DNA of 64,000 nt from an uncultured delta proteobacterium (GTDB lineage: Bacteria > Myxococcota > Kuafuiibacteriia > Kuafuiibacteriales > Kuafuiibacteriaceae). The position numbers and the translations under genes are program-made. The notes below the pieces were generated by a model that was given only the letters and a program-made list of their open reading frames with translations, was not told where the DNA came from and made no database searches. Of this stretch, positions 1 through 13,009 are shown one piece after another. The stretch's first letter is position 1. Each line of letters begins with the position of its first letter. The stretch is taken from the NCBI GenBank assembly GCA_963803435.1, contig CAWDML010000005.1, positions 320,001 through 384,000 on the forward strand, in the 5' to 3' direction.

Positions 1-1359
1 GTTGTCCGGCTCCGGGCCGAAGGTGGCGGTGGCGGCGACGTTGCGGATCAGAGCCGGCTCGCTGGCGTTGCCGGCGGCGTCGAGCGCGCGGGCGAAGACG
101 CGGTCGCGGTCGGCGGTCGACAGGTGGATCGGCGGAATCGCGCCGTCTTCGGCCGCAGGCTCGCTACGGCCAATCTCCTCGGCGCCGTCGAGGATCGCGA
201 GGATGGCGCCGGGCTCGGCCGCGGCCGCCGAGCCGGTGACGGTGAACGACGGGAGGCCGGCGGTGGCGTCGTCGCCGAACGGCACGCGGTGATAGACGAG
301 GCAGCCGTCGCAGTCCACGTTCGGGACCGGCGGCGCGACGGTGTCGGCGACGAACGTGCCCGCGAAGATCCCAAAGGCGCGGTTGCCCGCCAGATCCTTC
401 GCCTCCACCACCACCAGATAGGTGCGCCCATCGAGGTCGGGCCGCGCGGGGAACTCGAGCGTGCAGCGCCAGCTCAACCCGAAGCCCGCGCACCGATCGA
501 ACGGGATCGCGTCGCCGGTGCCCACGGCGGTGAGGGACGGCGGCGCGGACAGCGGCTCCGAGAGCGCGAAGCTCACCTCCACGGTCGTGCCCGCGCGGAC
601 GCGGCCGACAGTCGAGAGCGGGTTGGCGTCGTCCGGGATGAGGCGGAGGCCGGCCGAGCCGGGGAGGAGCTGCGGCGGCATCACGTCGAGCGTGACCGCC
701 GCGGTGGCCGTGCGCGACGCGTAGCCCTGGGCGTCGAGGAAGCGCACGTAGACGCCGCGGAAGCAGGCGTCGCTGGCGAAGCAGCGGGGCTCGATCCCGA
801 GCTCGAGGTCCCAATTGATCGGAGCGTCGAGGTCGGTCGTGACGGTGGCGCGTTCGGGGAACTGGACGAAGTTGGAGACTTGCGCGCGGACGCCGCGGTC
901 GGAGGTGAGCCTGAGCTCGACGGTCGACGTGCGCACGAATCCCGGCGTGCGCGTCACGATCGTCACGCGGTTCGATTCGGGCGGACGGTCGAACAGCGAG
1001 ACGGGGACGTCGAGCTCGTCTCCCGGGTGGATCGAGAAGGGCTCGGAGAGGCCGTACGCGATCACCTGGCTGTCGAGCGACGGCCCCTCGCGCAGCTCGG
1101 CGATCGCCACCCGACGATCGCCGTGTGGCACCGTCAGGGGCCCGAGGCCGAGCGTGGTCGCCGAGGGCGCCAGCTCGACCGGCCCCTCGCTCCGCAGGAT
1201 CGGACCGGCGGTGCGGAGATCGCTCCGCTCCTCGATCCGTACCGAGACGAAGAGCGTCTCGTTGGGCAGGCCTGCCGGGAGCAGGAAGCGCACGTGCGCC
1301 ACGCCCGCCGGATCACAGGCGGTGAGCGCGGCGAACGCGGCCAGGACGGGGAGGCGCAC
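1..1359 (-). CDS. Lipoprotein with Ig-like/beta-sandwich repeats (3' end runs off the window)
   Basis: Not in the ORF track because there is no stop in the window. Manual translation from GTG at 1359 gives VRLPVLAAFAALTAC (lipobox), and the same frame reads ...DAAGNASEPALIRNV... near position 1. TAGACT lies 6 nt upstream. Confidence 0.7.
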   Translation of the reverse strand, partial: MRLPVLAAFAALTACDPAGVAHVRFLLPAGLPNETLFVSVRIEERSDLRTAGPILRSEGPVELAPSATTLGLGPLTVPHGDRRVAIAELREGPSLDSQVIAYGLSEPFSIHPGDELDVPVSLFDRPPESNRVTIVTRTPGFVRTSTVELRLTSDRGVRAQVSNFVQFPERATVTTDLDAPINWDLELGIEPRCFASDACFRGVYVRFLDAQGYASRTATAAVTLDVMPPQLLPGSAGLRLIPDDANPLSTVGRVRAGTTVEVSFALSEPLSAPPSLTAVGTGDAIPFDRCAGFGLSWRCTLEFPARPDLDGRTYLVVVEAKDLAGNRAFGIFAGTFVADTVAPPVPNVDCDGCLVYHRVPFGDDATAGLPSFTVTGSAAAAEPGAILAILDGAEEIGRSEPAAEDGAIPPIHLSTADRDRVFARALDAAGNASEPALIRNVAATATFGPEPDN

Positions 1360-1403
1360 GCGTCGAGTCTAGGGCGTCGGACCGCCCGGGGGCGTACAAT
1401 CCG

Positions 1404-2118
1404 TCACTGCTGGTTGAGGGTCCAGTTGTAGTCGAGGTGCTCGACCTTCGGATTGTCGCCCAGGCTCTTGATGAGGTTCGCCGGGAGGTGTTTGCGTACG
1501 AAGGCCACCACGCCCTGGGGCCCCCCGAAGTCCGCCTGGTACCACTTCGAAGATCATCGACAGCTTCATCGCGCCGTCGGTCACCTGAGCCCCGGTGGGT
1601 GAGCTCAGGTACCGCTCGGTCGCCGCGTCCATACGCGCCGATACGTCGCTGCCGGCGAACGGAAGCGGCTCCAGGATCGGGCAGCCGACCGCTCCGCAGA
1701 CCAGGATGAAGTGCGTCCGCGGATCCTGAGCGAACGGGTTGAGGATCTTCTTCTCAAGCGCGTCGAGCGTGACCTGCTGCCCGGCGACCGGGTGCGTCTC
1801 CTCGTTGAAGAACCCCTTCACGTCGAGCACGGAGCGCGGGCGCCCGTGCGCGATCACCGACTGGATCACGAGCGCGTTGTAGGCGTCGGCGAGGAACCCG
1901 ATCTTCGCGTTGCGCTCCTCCGGCATCTTGGCCTTCGCGACCGCGTCCAGATAGGCGTCGAGCTTCTTTCGGTCCTGACTCTCGATCGCGCGGTAGTCGA
2001 CCCGCCCGTCCTTCACGCGCGCGACCAGGATCTGGCGATAGAGCTCGGCGGCGCTCTTGTCGACCTGCGCCGTGGACGCCAGCGCGACCGCGGTGACCAG
2101 TCCGATCGTGGACATCAT
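1404..2118 (-). CDS. DUF547-domain secreted protein (apparent +1 frameshift near 1548)
   Basis: Signal peptide and motifs DAYNALVI and DPRTHFILVCGAVGCP. After a frame change the expected tail FKWYQADFGG...LDYNWTLNQQ* ends at 1404. Confidence 0.8.
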
Positions 2119-2127
2119 CCGCCCCTT

Positions 2128-2982
2128 CTATTCGAACGAAGCCCACTCGGGAAGCTCGAACGGGAACATCTTGGTCAGCGGATGATCACCGAGCGAGCGG
2201 CTGGCGATGAAGCTCTGGTAGAGCGTTTGGGCGTGGCCGATCAGTGCGCGATCCGTGTCCTCGTCGTGGTCGCGGAGCAGCTCGATCATGCGGACGAATG
2301 CGTCGGTCGCGTAAGCGTACGGGATCTGGTAGGCGGCCTGCGGCAGATCGTAGAAGAGGGCGTCCACGGTCTCGGGCACCAGACCGCGGGGTACCTGGAC
2401 GTCGCGCTCGAGGCGGCCGAGCAGGTTGAAGAACGTCTTGGCCCCGCGCTCGAGCGCGAACGCATGGCGGCGGCGGAGCTGCGTGCTCTTCCCGATCACC
2501 GCGCTCAGGATGGTGAACCCGACCACGATCTCGAACGGCGCGCGGCTCTGCGTGATCAAGGATGCTAACCCCTCCGCCCGCTCCGAGGTCGGCTTCAGCT
2601 GTTCGAGGAGCTCGTTGATCTTGCGGAGGAACGTCTTCATGTCGCTCGGATCGTGGAGGTCCGCGAAGACGTCCGGCGCGAACCCGCCGATCGGCCGCAT
2701 CGGATCCACCTCGGACGCGTTCCCCGGCTTCGCCTTCGCGCGGTCGAGCGCCCGCCGGTTCGCCTTGACCTTGTCGGCGCGCTCCTTCTCCACCTTGGCG
2801 GCCCAGTCGGCGGAGGGGCCTTCGTCGGGGCCCAGCGTTCCGGGGGGTGTCACCCCGCTCACGCCCGAGGCGCTCCAGCGGGTCTTTCGAGGCGCGTCCG
2901 AGAGCCGGCGGCCAGGGGGCACCACACCCTTCACGCGGGTGCCCTTCTGCCAGGGGCTATCGCCGCCCTCCTTCTGGCTCAT
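2128..2982 (-). CDS. Hypothetical protein, translationally coupled to dacB
   Basis: C-terminal part of ORF 2128..4437. The ATG (MSQKEGG) overlaps the dacB stop (ATGA). Composition is protein-like and helical. Confidence 0.65.
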   Translation of the reverse strand: MSQKEGGDSPWQKGTRVKGVVPPGRRLSDAPRKTRWSASGVSGVTPPGTLGPDEGPSADWAAKVEKERADKVKANRRALDRAKAKPGNASEVDPMRPIGGFAPDVFADLHDPSDMKTFLRKINELLEQLKPTSERAEGLASLITQSRAPFEIVVGFTILSAVIGKSTQLRRRHAFALERGAKTFFNLLGRLERDVQVPRGLVPETVDALFYDLPQAAYQIPYAYATDAFVRMIELLRDHDEDTDRALIGHAQTLYQSFIASRSLGDHPLTKMFPFELPEWASFE

Positions 2983-4472
2983 TGACGCGCCGTTTCGCCG
3001 CCGTCCTTCTTGCGCGCCACCACCTCGGTGCTCCGGAACCGCGCCAGCGCGATGCCGATGCGATCCTGGATCCGCCACATCGTTCGCGCGCGGCCCTGGT
3101 AGTCGTTCATCATCACGCTGAACGCCAGCACCTGATCGTTCTGGGTGACCACATAGCCGGAGAGCGCGCTGACGCCGGTCAGCGATCCGGTCTTGGCCCG
3201 GAGTCGCTGGACTGCAGGTGAGTTCTCGAACCGGCTGGTGATCGTGCCGCTGTTGCCGGCGACCGCAAGTGAGGAGACGAACTCGGGCCGCACCTCGAAG
3301 CGCTGATACATGTTCTGCAGGACCCAGGTGATCGTCGCCGGTGTCACCCGGTTCACGTCGTTGAGCCCGGAGCCGTTGCCCAGGACGAAGGTTCCGTCCT
3401 GGATGCCCAGCTCGAGGAGGAAGTCGCGGATCGCGCGGTTGCCTTTGTCCCAGGAGCCGGGCGCATCGTAGAGCTCTGCGCCGAGCGTCTTGAGGATCTG
3501 CTCGGCCATGAAGTTGTTCGAGTACTTGTTGAGCGTCGAGATGATCTCCGCGAGCGGTACCGACCACTGAGCCGCCACGTGGACAGTGCCGCGCATCGGC
3601 ATCGGCCCGATCTTCGCCTTGCCTCGAACGTCCACGCCGCGGAGGTTCAGCAGGTAGACGATGGTCTCGGCCGCATAACGCGCCGGATCGTTGACCGGCT
3701 CCCGGACCACCTTGCCGTCCTGGTCCGACAGGCTGATCGAGCCCCGGACGCTGACGCGGACGCCTCCGTCCGGCAGATCGCTGGTGCCGAACCAGAGACG
3801 CGTGCGTGAGCCCGGCCCGCGGGTGCTGGTGGTCTGCACGATCTCGATGGAGGGGATGGGGGGCCAGACCTCGATCTTGGCGGGGTCGTTGAGCTTGTCC
3901 CCCGGGAGGACGCGCACCGTGAAGGTGTTGAAGTTCACCGAAAGCGCGCCGATCGGCGCCGCATAGGCGTGGTCTCCATGCTCCTGATCCCAGCCCGGGC
4001 CCTCGAGGATCGAGTCGAAGAAGCTGGGGTCGACGATGACGTTGCCGGTGATCTTCGTGATCCCGTGCATCGCGATCTCGTTGACGAAGCCGAACAGGTT
4101 CTCGGTGGTGAGGAGGGGGTCGCCCATCCCCTTGATGTACAGGTTGCCCTCGAGGACGCCGCGCTTGAGCTCCGGGTCGCGGCGGCAGAGGGTCCGGAAG
4201 CGGTAGCTCGGCCCGAGGTAGTGGAGGGCCGTGGCCGTCGTCAGGATCTTCATGTTCGAAGCCGGGTTGAAGAGCTTCAATCCGTTCTTGTCGAAGAGGA
4301 CGCGGCCGTCGCTCAGGTTGCGGACGTGAACCCCGGCGAAGGCACCCCCGAGATCGGGGGAGCGCAAGATATCTTGCAACTCCGCCACCAGCCGGGCCTC
4401 GGCCGGGTCGCTGTCTGCCCACGCGCGCGGCGCCCAACCCAGGAGCGCAACCACCAGAACCGCCGTCTTCAT
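2979..4472 (-). CDS. dacB: D-alanyl-D-alanine carboxypeptidase/endopeptidase (PBP4, peptidase S13)
   Basis: PASNMK (SxxK), SNN (SxN) and KTGSL motifs, NGSGL, signal peptide from MKTAVLVV. Confidence 0.93.
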   Translation of the reverse strand: MKTAVLVVALLGWAPRAWADSDPAEARLVAELQDILRSPDLGGAFAGVHVRNLSDGRVLFDKNGLKLFNPASNMKILTTATALHYLGPSYRFRTLCRRDPELKRGVLEGNLYIKGMGDPLLTTENLFGFVNEIAMHGITKITGNVIVDPSFFDSILEGPGWDQEHGDHAYAAPIGALSVNFNTFTVRVLPGDKLNDPAKIEVWPPIPSIEIVQTTSTRGPGSRTRLWFGTSDLPDGGVRVSVRGSISLSDQDGKVVREPVNDPARYAAETIVYLLNLRGVDVRGKAKIGPMPMRGTVHVAAQWSVPLAEIISTLNKYSNNFMAEQILKTLGAELYDAPGSWDKGNRAIRDFLLELGIQDGTFVLGNGSGLNDVNRVTPATITWVLQNMYQRFEVRPEFVSSLAVAGNSGTITSRFENSPAVQRLRAKTGSLTGVSALSGYVVTQNDQVLAFSVMMNDYQGRARTMWRIQDRIGIALARFRSTEVVARKKDGGETARQ

Positions 4473-4575
4473 CGAAAGGTCCGCGTAGGATAACACTGCC
4501 CGGCGACCTGCGCGAAGCGGGCCCCTATCCATCCGACCCGGGCTTTCGTACCGTGGGTCAGAAGAATCGAGCGAT

Positions 4576-5688
4576 ATGACCCGGAGTGCTCAAATCGAAT
4601 ACGCAATCGGACAGCTCCTCATCGGGGGGTTCGAAGGTACGACAGTGCCCCGAGAGCTCACGTCGCTGGCCGAGCGTGGATATCTTGGGGGTGCGATCCT
4701 TTTCAATCGCAACTTCTCTTCGCTCGCCGCTGCGCGCGACCTCGTGTCGACCCTGCACGCGCTGCGTGCGCCTGTGCCCCTCCTCCTCGCCGTGGACCAG
4801 GAGGGTGGGCGCATCCAGACCCTCAGCCCACCCTTTCCCCAGCTCCCGTCGATGCGAGCGGTCGGGGAGGCGGCCCGGAAGAGCCTGGTGCATCGGATCG
4901 CGGGTCTGCTGGCGCGAGCTCTCCGAGTGGTCGGATTTCACCAGGACTATGCGCCGGTCCTCGACGTCGACAGCCGTCCGGACGACCCGGTGATCGGCGA
5001 CCGCGCCTTCTCTCGAGATCCGAACGTGGTGGCTCGTCTCGGGGCAGCCTTCGTCGACGGTCTCCAGTCCGACGGGATCGCCGCCTGCGGTAAGCACTTC
5101 CCGGGTCATGCGCTTCCTTTGCTCCCTCACGATCTCGGGCGGCTGATGCAGGTCGAGCTGGTGCCGTTCCGCGCCGCGATCCGCGCGGGTGTGGCGTCGA
5201 TCATGACCGCGCACGTCGTGTTTCCGGCGCTCGATCGGGACCTGGAGCCGCTCTTGCGCCGAGAGCTGGGCTTCGAGGGGGTGATCGTCGCCGACGACCT
5301 GGAGAAGGGCGCGATCGCCGCCCACTACGGCGTCGAGGATGCCGCCGTGCGCGCGCTCCGCGCCGGCTGCGATCAACTGATCCTTCCCGCGCCGCAGTCG
5401 ATCGCGCGGGCACACGAGGCGATCGTGCGGGCGGTGGAGCAGGGCGCGCTGTCCGCGGACCGGGTCTTCGCCTCGGCGGCGCGGGTCAATCGCCTCAAGG
5501 CGGCCTACGTGTACGGTCGGCCAGGTCCGGTCGAGGGCGACCTGGTCGCGCACCTCCCGACGTCAGAGCACGCGGCCCTACTCGAAGCCCTCGCCGCGGG
5601 ACCGAGGCCAGCCTCCCCGGACCCCGCCGAGGAGCAGGAGTTCGAGTTCGAGGGCGATCCGGACGAGCGCCTCGAGCTGGACGTCTGA
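4576..5688 (+). CDS. nagZ: Beta-N-acetylhexosaminidase NagZ-like (GH3), lacking the GxxxxDSH loop
   Basis: AVDQEGGRI, APVLDV, IGDRAF, KHFPGH, IMTAHV and ADDL motifs; divergent from dacB. Confidence 0.85.
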   Translation: MTRSAQIEYAIGQLLIGGFEGTTVPRELTSLAERGYLGGAILFNRNFSSLAAARDLVSTLHALRAPVPLLLAVDQEGGRIQTLSPPFPQLPSMRAVGEAARKSLVHRIAGLLARALRVVGFHQDYAPVLDVDSRPDDPVIGDRAFSRDPNVVARLGAAFVDGLQSDGIAACGKHFPGHALPLLPHDLGRLMQVELVPFRAAIRAGVASIMTAHVVFPALDRDLEPLLRRELGFEGVIVADDLEKGAIAAHYGVEDAAVRALRAGCDQLILPAPQSIARAHEAIVRAVEQGALSADRVFASAARVNRLKAAYVYGRPGPVEGDLVAHLPTSEHAALLEALAAGPRPASPDPAEEQEFEFEGDPDERLELDV

Positions 5689-5754
5689 GGCGGAATACGA
5701 GCCTGGAACGGGGGTGTTGACCCCGGGGAGTCCCCGGAAGGAGGGTCGTGCTTC

Positions 5755-6108
5755 ATGGTCGCCTGGATCGTCGCCATTCTCCTCAAAGCTGCCGTCGTGG
5801 TGCTGATCGCGAAGCTCGTCCCCGGCGTGCGAGTGCGAGGATACAGCTCCGCCATCGGCGTCGCGCTCGTGTATGGGCTCTTGTCGTTCTTCCTCGGATG
5901 GATCCTCCGCGCGCTCGCGTTCCCACTGATCATCCTGACGTTCGGGCTCTTCGCCTTGGTGATCAACGGTCTTCTCTTGTGGCTCACCGACAAGATGCTC
6001 GAGAGCTTCGAGATCAAGGGTGGGAAGTCGCTCGCCCTGGCCACCGTCCTGATGACCGTCGGCTTCGTCCTCGTCGAGCTGATCGTTCGCCAATCCTTCG
6101 GGGTGTAG
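5755..6108 (+). CDS. YvlD-like 4-TM membrane protein (phage holin family 4_2)
   Basis: 117 aa, hydrophobic, with motif PLIILTFGLFALVINGLLL; SD-like AAGGAGG upstream. Confidence 0.85.
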   Translation: MVAWIVAILLKAAVVVLIAKLVPGVRVRGYSSAIGVALVYGLLSFFLGWILRALAFPLIILTFGLFALVINGLLLWLTDKMLESFEIKGGKSLALATVLMTVGFVLVELIVRQSFGV

Positions 6109-6148
6109 GTTTCTCCGTCGGCGGATCGGCGCTAGCCTCGGCGTCGGC

Positions 6149-7204
6149 GTGCCACGGGCATCGCTCGCTCTCGCTCTGTTCCTCGTCGTTGGCGCCTGCA
6201 AGAGTGCCGGCTCGCTCCCCCCTCCGCCCGAACCGCCCCCACCTCCGCCGCACGTCGAAGCCGAATCGATCTGCGCGCCCACCGGGGCGGCGTGCTTCAC
6301 CCGCGCCGAGTCCCGGGCCGAGACGGACGCGCGAGGCGCCGAGGCGGAGCTACGGATGTGCCTCACCTGCGTCGACGCTCCGCCCGCCAGCTACCAGCTC
6401 CTGGCGACCTTGCTCGGCGATCGCGGGGCGCAGGAGGAGGCGCGCGAGACGCTGCAGCTGGGGACCAAGCGCTTCCCGTCGAGCGTGCTGCTCCAGCAAT
6501 CGCTCGGTCGTCTCTCGCTCGCGATGGGCCGGCACCGCGAGGGCATCTCGGCGCTGGCCGAGGCCCACCGGCTCCGGCCCAACGACGAGGACATCGAGGC
6601 CGAATACGAGCTGGCGCTGGCTGCCCACGGCACCAAGGAGGATCGCATCGAGGCCGAGCTCCAGCCGCTCCTGCTCGAGGCGACCGGTCGCTACGAGATC
6701 GACGACAGCGCCGGTGCGATCGAGGTGCTCCAGACGGCGCTGGCGAAGACCGCCTCGGTGCCGCGCCTGCGCGCGCTCGTGCATCACCGGCTGGCGATGG
6801 TCCACCTCGGTGCCGGGCACCTGGCGCAGGCGAAGAAGCACCTGGAGGCGGCCATGCGCGCCGAGAAGGACCACACCGATCTCCGCGCCGAGGTCCTCGT
6901 CAGCTACGCCGAGGTCTTGCTCTCGGAGGGCAAGCTCGGCGACGCCGAGAAGGCGGCCAACGAGGCGATCGACATCGCGCCCAAGAACCCGCTCGCCTAC
7001 GCGAACCTCGCGATCGCCCGCTCGCTCGCGGGCAACCGCGACGGCGCGATCTCGGCGTTCGAGAAGGCGTTCGACAGCGGTCTGGCGCGCCGGCTCACGC
7101 TTCACGACTTCATGGCGATCGGCAAGCCGATCGACGCGCTCAAGGCTCACCCCGGCTTCGCCGAGATGGTGAAGCGCGCCTATCCGTCGGAGTACAAGCC
7201 TTAG
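6149..7204 (+). CDS. TPR-repeat lipoprotein
   Basis: Lipobox VVGAC, Pro-rich linker, TPR-like helices (AIDIAPKNPLAYANLA). Confidence 0.8.
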   Translation: MPRASLALALFLVVGACKSAGSLPPPPEPPPPPPHVEAESICAPTGAACFTRAESRAETDARGAEAELRMCLTCVDAPPASYQLLATLLGDRGAQEEARETLQLGTKRFPSSVLLQQSLGRLSLAMGRHREGISALAEAHRLRPNDEDIEAEYELALAAHGTKEDRIEAELQPLLLEATGRYEIDDSAGAIEVLQTALAKTASVPRLRALVHHRLAMVHLGAGHLAQAKKHLEAAMRAEKDHTDLRAEVLVSYAEVLLSEGKLGDAEKAANEAIDIAPKNPLAYANLAIARSLAGNRDGAISAFEKAFDSGLARRLTLHDFMAIGKPIDALKAHPGFAEMVKRAYPSEYKP

Positions 7205-7250
7205 CTAAGAGCCGGTCCAGAAACCGTTCCGTTCGCAGTTTGCTGTTTCG

Positions 7251-8437
7251 GTGCGCCGCGAAGCGGCGTCGTTCCTAGCAGGATGAGAGGAGCCTGCCCT
7301 GATAGTAATCGAGCAGTCAGGTAGCCAGATCCCCTGCGTGGCGCCGCGAGGTGCCCAGCAGAAGCGGGATCAGAACGGTCACGGGCGGCAATCCGTGGCT
7401 GCGAAGTGGCGGGCCGCAGCGCGAAGCGAACCCAGCCGTAGCCTGGTAAGGATATGGAGAGGCCGAGCCCCTCGGAACAGGGCGAAGGCAGGACGGACGT
7501 GAACAGCGGCTCGATGCGCGAAGCGTTCCGCTCTCCCGGGGTAACAGGGGCAGCACGCCACGAAAGGAAGACGTTGAACGCGGGAGACCTCGACCGGCGC
7601 GGATGGCCACCGCAGCGCACGCACAAGGCCGCAAGCCGAGGCGCCCGGGCCGGCGAGGAGTCGGACGAGTCCGTAGTACCTGAGAAGGCAGTGAAAACCG
7701 CTGGAGGGAAGGGGCTCTACTTGTCGATGCCACCCATTGCCGCGAAGGACGGGGGATTGCGATCACGCTAGAAACTCCTTCGAAGATCCGGGAGCTGCAA
7801 AGGGCGCTGTACCGACGGGCCAAGAAGGAGCCGAAGTTCCGCTTCTACGCGCTCTACGACAAGGTCTACCGTCCGGACATCCTGGCGCATGCCTACGCGT
7901 TGGCAAGAGCCAACCGAGGCGCGCCCGGGCCCGACGGCGAGACCTTCGAGGAGATCGAACAGAGCGGAAAGACGGCGCTGCTGGATGAGCTGCACAATGC
8001 GCTGAAGAACAAGACGTATCGCCCGGGACCAGTCCGCCGAGTGAACATCCCAAAACCTGACGGCGGTGAGAGGCCGTTGGGCATCCCGAATATTCGAGAT
8101 CGCATCGTCCAGGGAGCAGCCAAGCTGATCCTGGAGCCGATCTTCGAAGCGGATTACGACGACGCGTCGTTCGGATTCCGTCCACGAAGAGGTGCGCACC
8201 AAGCGCTCGATGCGATCGGCGAAGCCTTCGACGAAGGGATGTGTTGGGTGATCGACGCCGACATCACGGCCTACTTCCACACGATCCCTCACGACCACCT
8301 GATGAAGGCTGTCGCGGAGCGCGTCGTCGACGGTCCAATGCTGGCGCTGATCAAGATGTTCCTCGAAGCACCCATCGTAGCGAGCGATGACTCGCGCCCA
8401 CGGCGGAACCGCAAGGGGACGCCGCAGGGAGGTGTGA
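7251..8437 (+). mobile_element. Group II intron, 5' portion only (DI-DIII and start of DIV; DV/DVI absent)
   Basis: GTGCG 5' end at 7251; DI-type GGGGTAACAGGGGCAGCACG and CGGGAGACC; DIII-type GAGTCGGA..GTAGTACC..GAAG..GGAGGGAAGG; followed by an RT ORF. Confidence 0.8.
7756..8437 (+). pseudogene. ltrA: Group II intron reverse transcriptase/maturase, truncated after PQG
   Basis: In-frame from 7756: LETPSKIRELQRALYRRAK..FRFYALYDKV, GAPGPDG, IPKPDGGERPLGIP, SFGFRP, DADITAYF, GTPQGGV. No YADD or X domain. No ATG near the expected start. Confidence 0.85.
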
Positions 8438-9300
8438 CTAAGTCCAGGACGCGCGGATCAGGTACGCCGCCGAGTAGATCCGACGGTCGTCCGAGACATA
8501 CCGCGACTCGAGCGCACTGGCCTCGACGATCTCGACGAGCTCGAGGCCCAGCCGCGCGAGGAAGGCGCCGACGTCCTCGGGGTGGATGCCGAACGTGATG
8601 GGCTCACCGAGGAAGTAGAGAAGGTTGGCGCCGGCCCGATGGGCCGCAGCGGTGAGGCCGGGGTCGTCGAGCAGGTACCAGAAGTCCATCGTCAGCTCGG
8701 AGCCGGGGGCGCCCAGCGCGCGGAGCGTCGACAGCGTCGACTTCACGGCGCTGCGGGTGAGGTACATCGAGACGCCCTCCCAGATGAAGAAGGTGGGTCG
8801 GCCGCGCCGGAAGCCGGCGGCGTCCAGGACGTCCTCGATCTTCTGGCTCAGGAAGTCGATCTCCACCCGGCGCACGTCGGCCCGCGGGAGGAGGTCAGCC
8901 TTCTCCGCGGCGATCTGCGCCTTGCGGCGGCTGGTCGCGGGGAAGTCGAGCTCAAAGACGGGACGGCCGCCGAGGAGCGCGGCGAATCGGTTCGCCCGGG
9001 TGTCGTAGCCGGCGCCGAGGAGCACGACCTGCTCGACCTCGGAGTCTCGAAGGGCGCGCTCGAGGGCGTCGTCGATGTAGCGGTGCCGCGCCAGCACGTA
9101 GGCGATCAGCCCCGGTGAGAACTCCTCGGCCAGCTCGCCCAGGCGCCCGGTCGCCTCCAGCGCGGCCAGGGCCGCCCGGAACAGCGGTCCGAGGAACAGC
9201 CGCGCGTAGGGATCGTCGACGATCCGCGACGCCTCGGACCGCCGCTGATCGGAGGCGCGGAACAGGCAGACCGCCTCGGCCGTCCGGCTCGGATCGTTTC

Positions 9301-9304
<4 letters not shown>
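8438..9304 (-). CDS. SAM-dependent methyltransferase (LCM/TIGR00027-like)
   Basis: DPYARLF, QVVLLGAGYDTRA, FELD and WEGVSMYL motifs; GTG start overlaps the upstream TGA. Confidence 0.88.
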
Positions 9305-12957
<3,653 letters not shown>

Positions 12958-13009
12958 GCGGACCATCCTAGAGCAGAAGCACCCGACGCGGTCGAGGTGG
13001 TCGAAGCGC

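Noticed and set aside
5710-5738. Hairpins (e.g. CCGGGGAGTCCCCGG) before the YvlD-like gene as a riboswitch or terminator
   Set aside because: Short GC stems arise easily at this GC content, with no U-tract or recognisable RNA family.
5755-6108. Prophage suggested by a holin-family gene
   Set aside because: YvlD-like proteins are common chromosomal membrane proteins, and no endolysin, integrase or virion genes are nearby.
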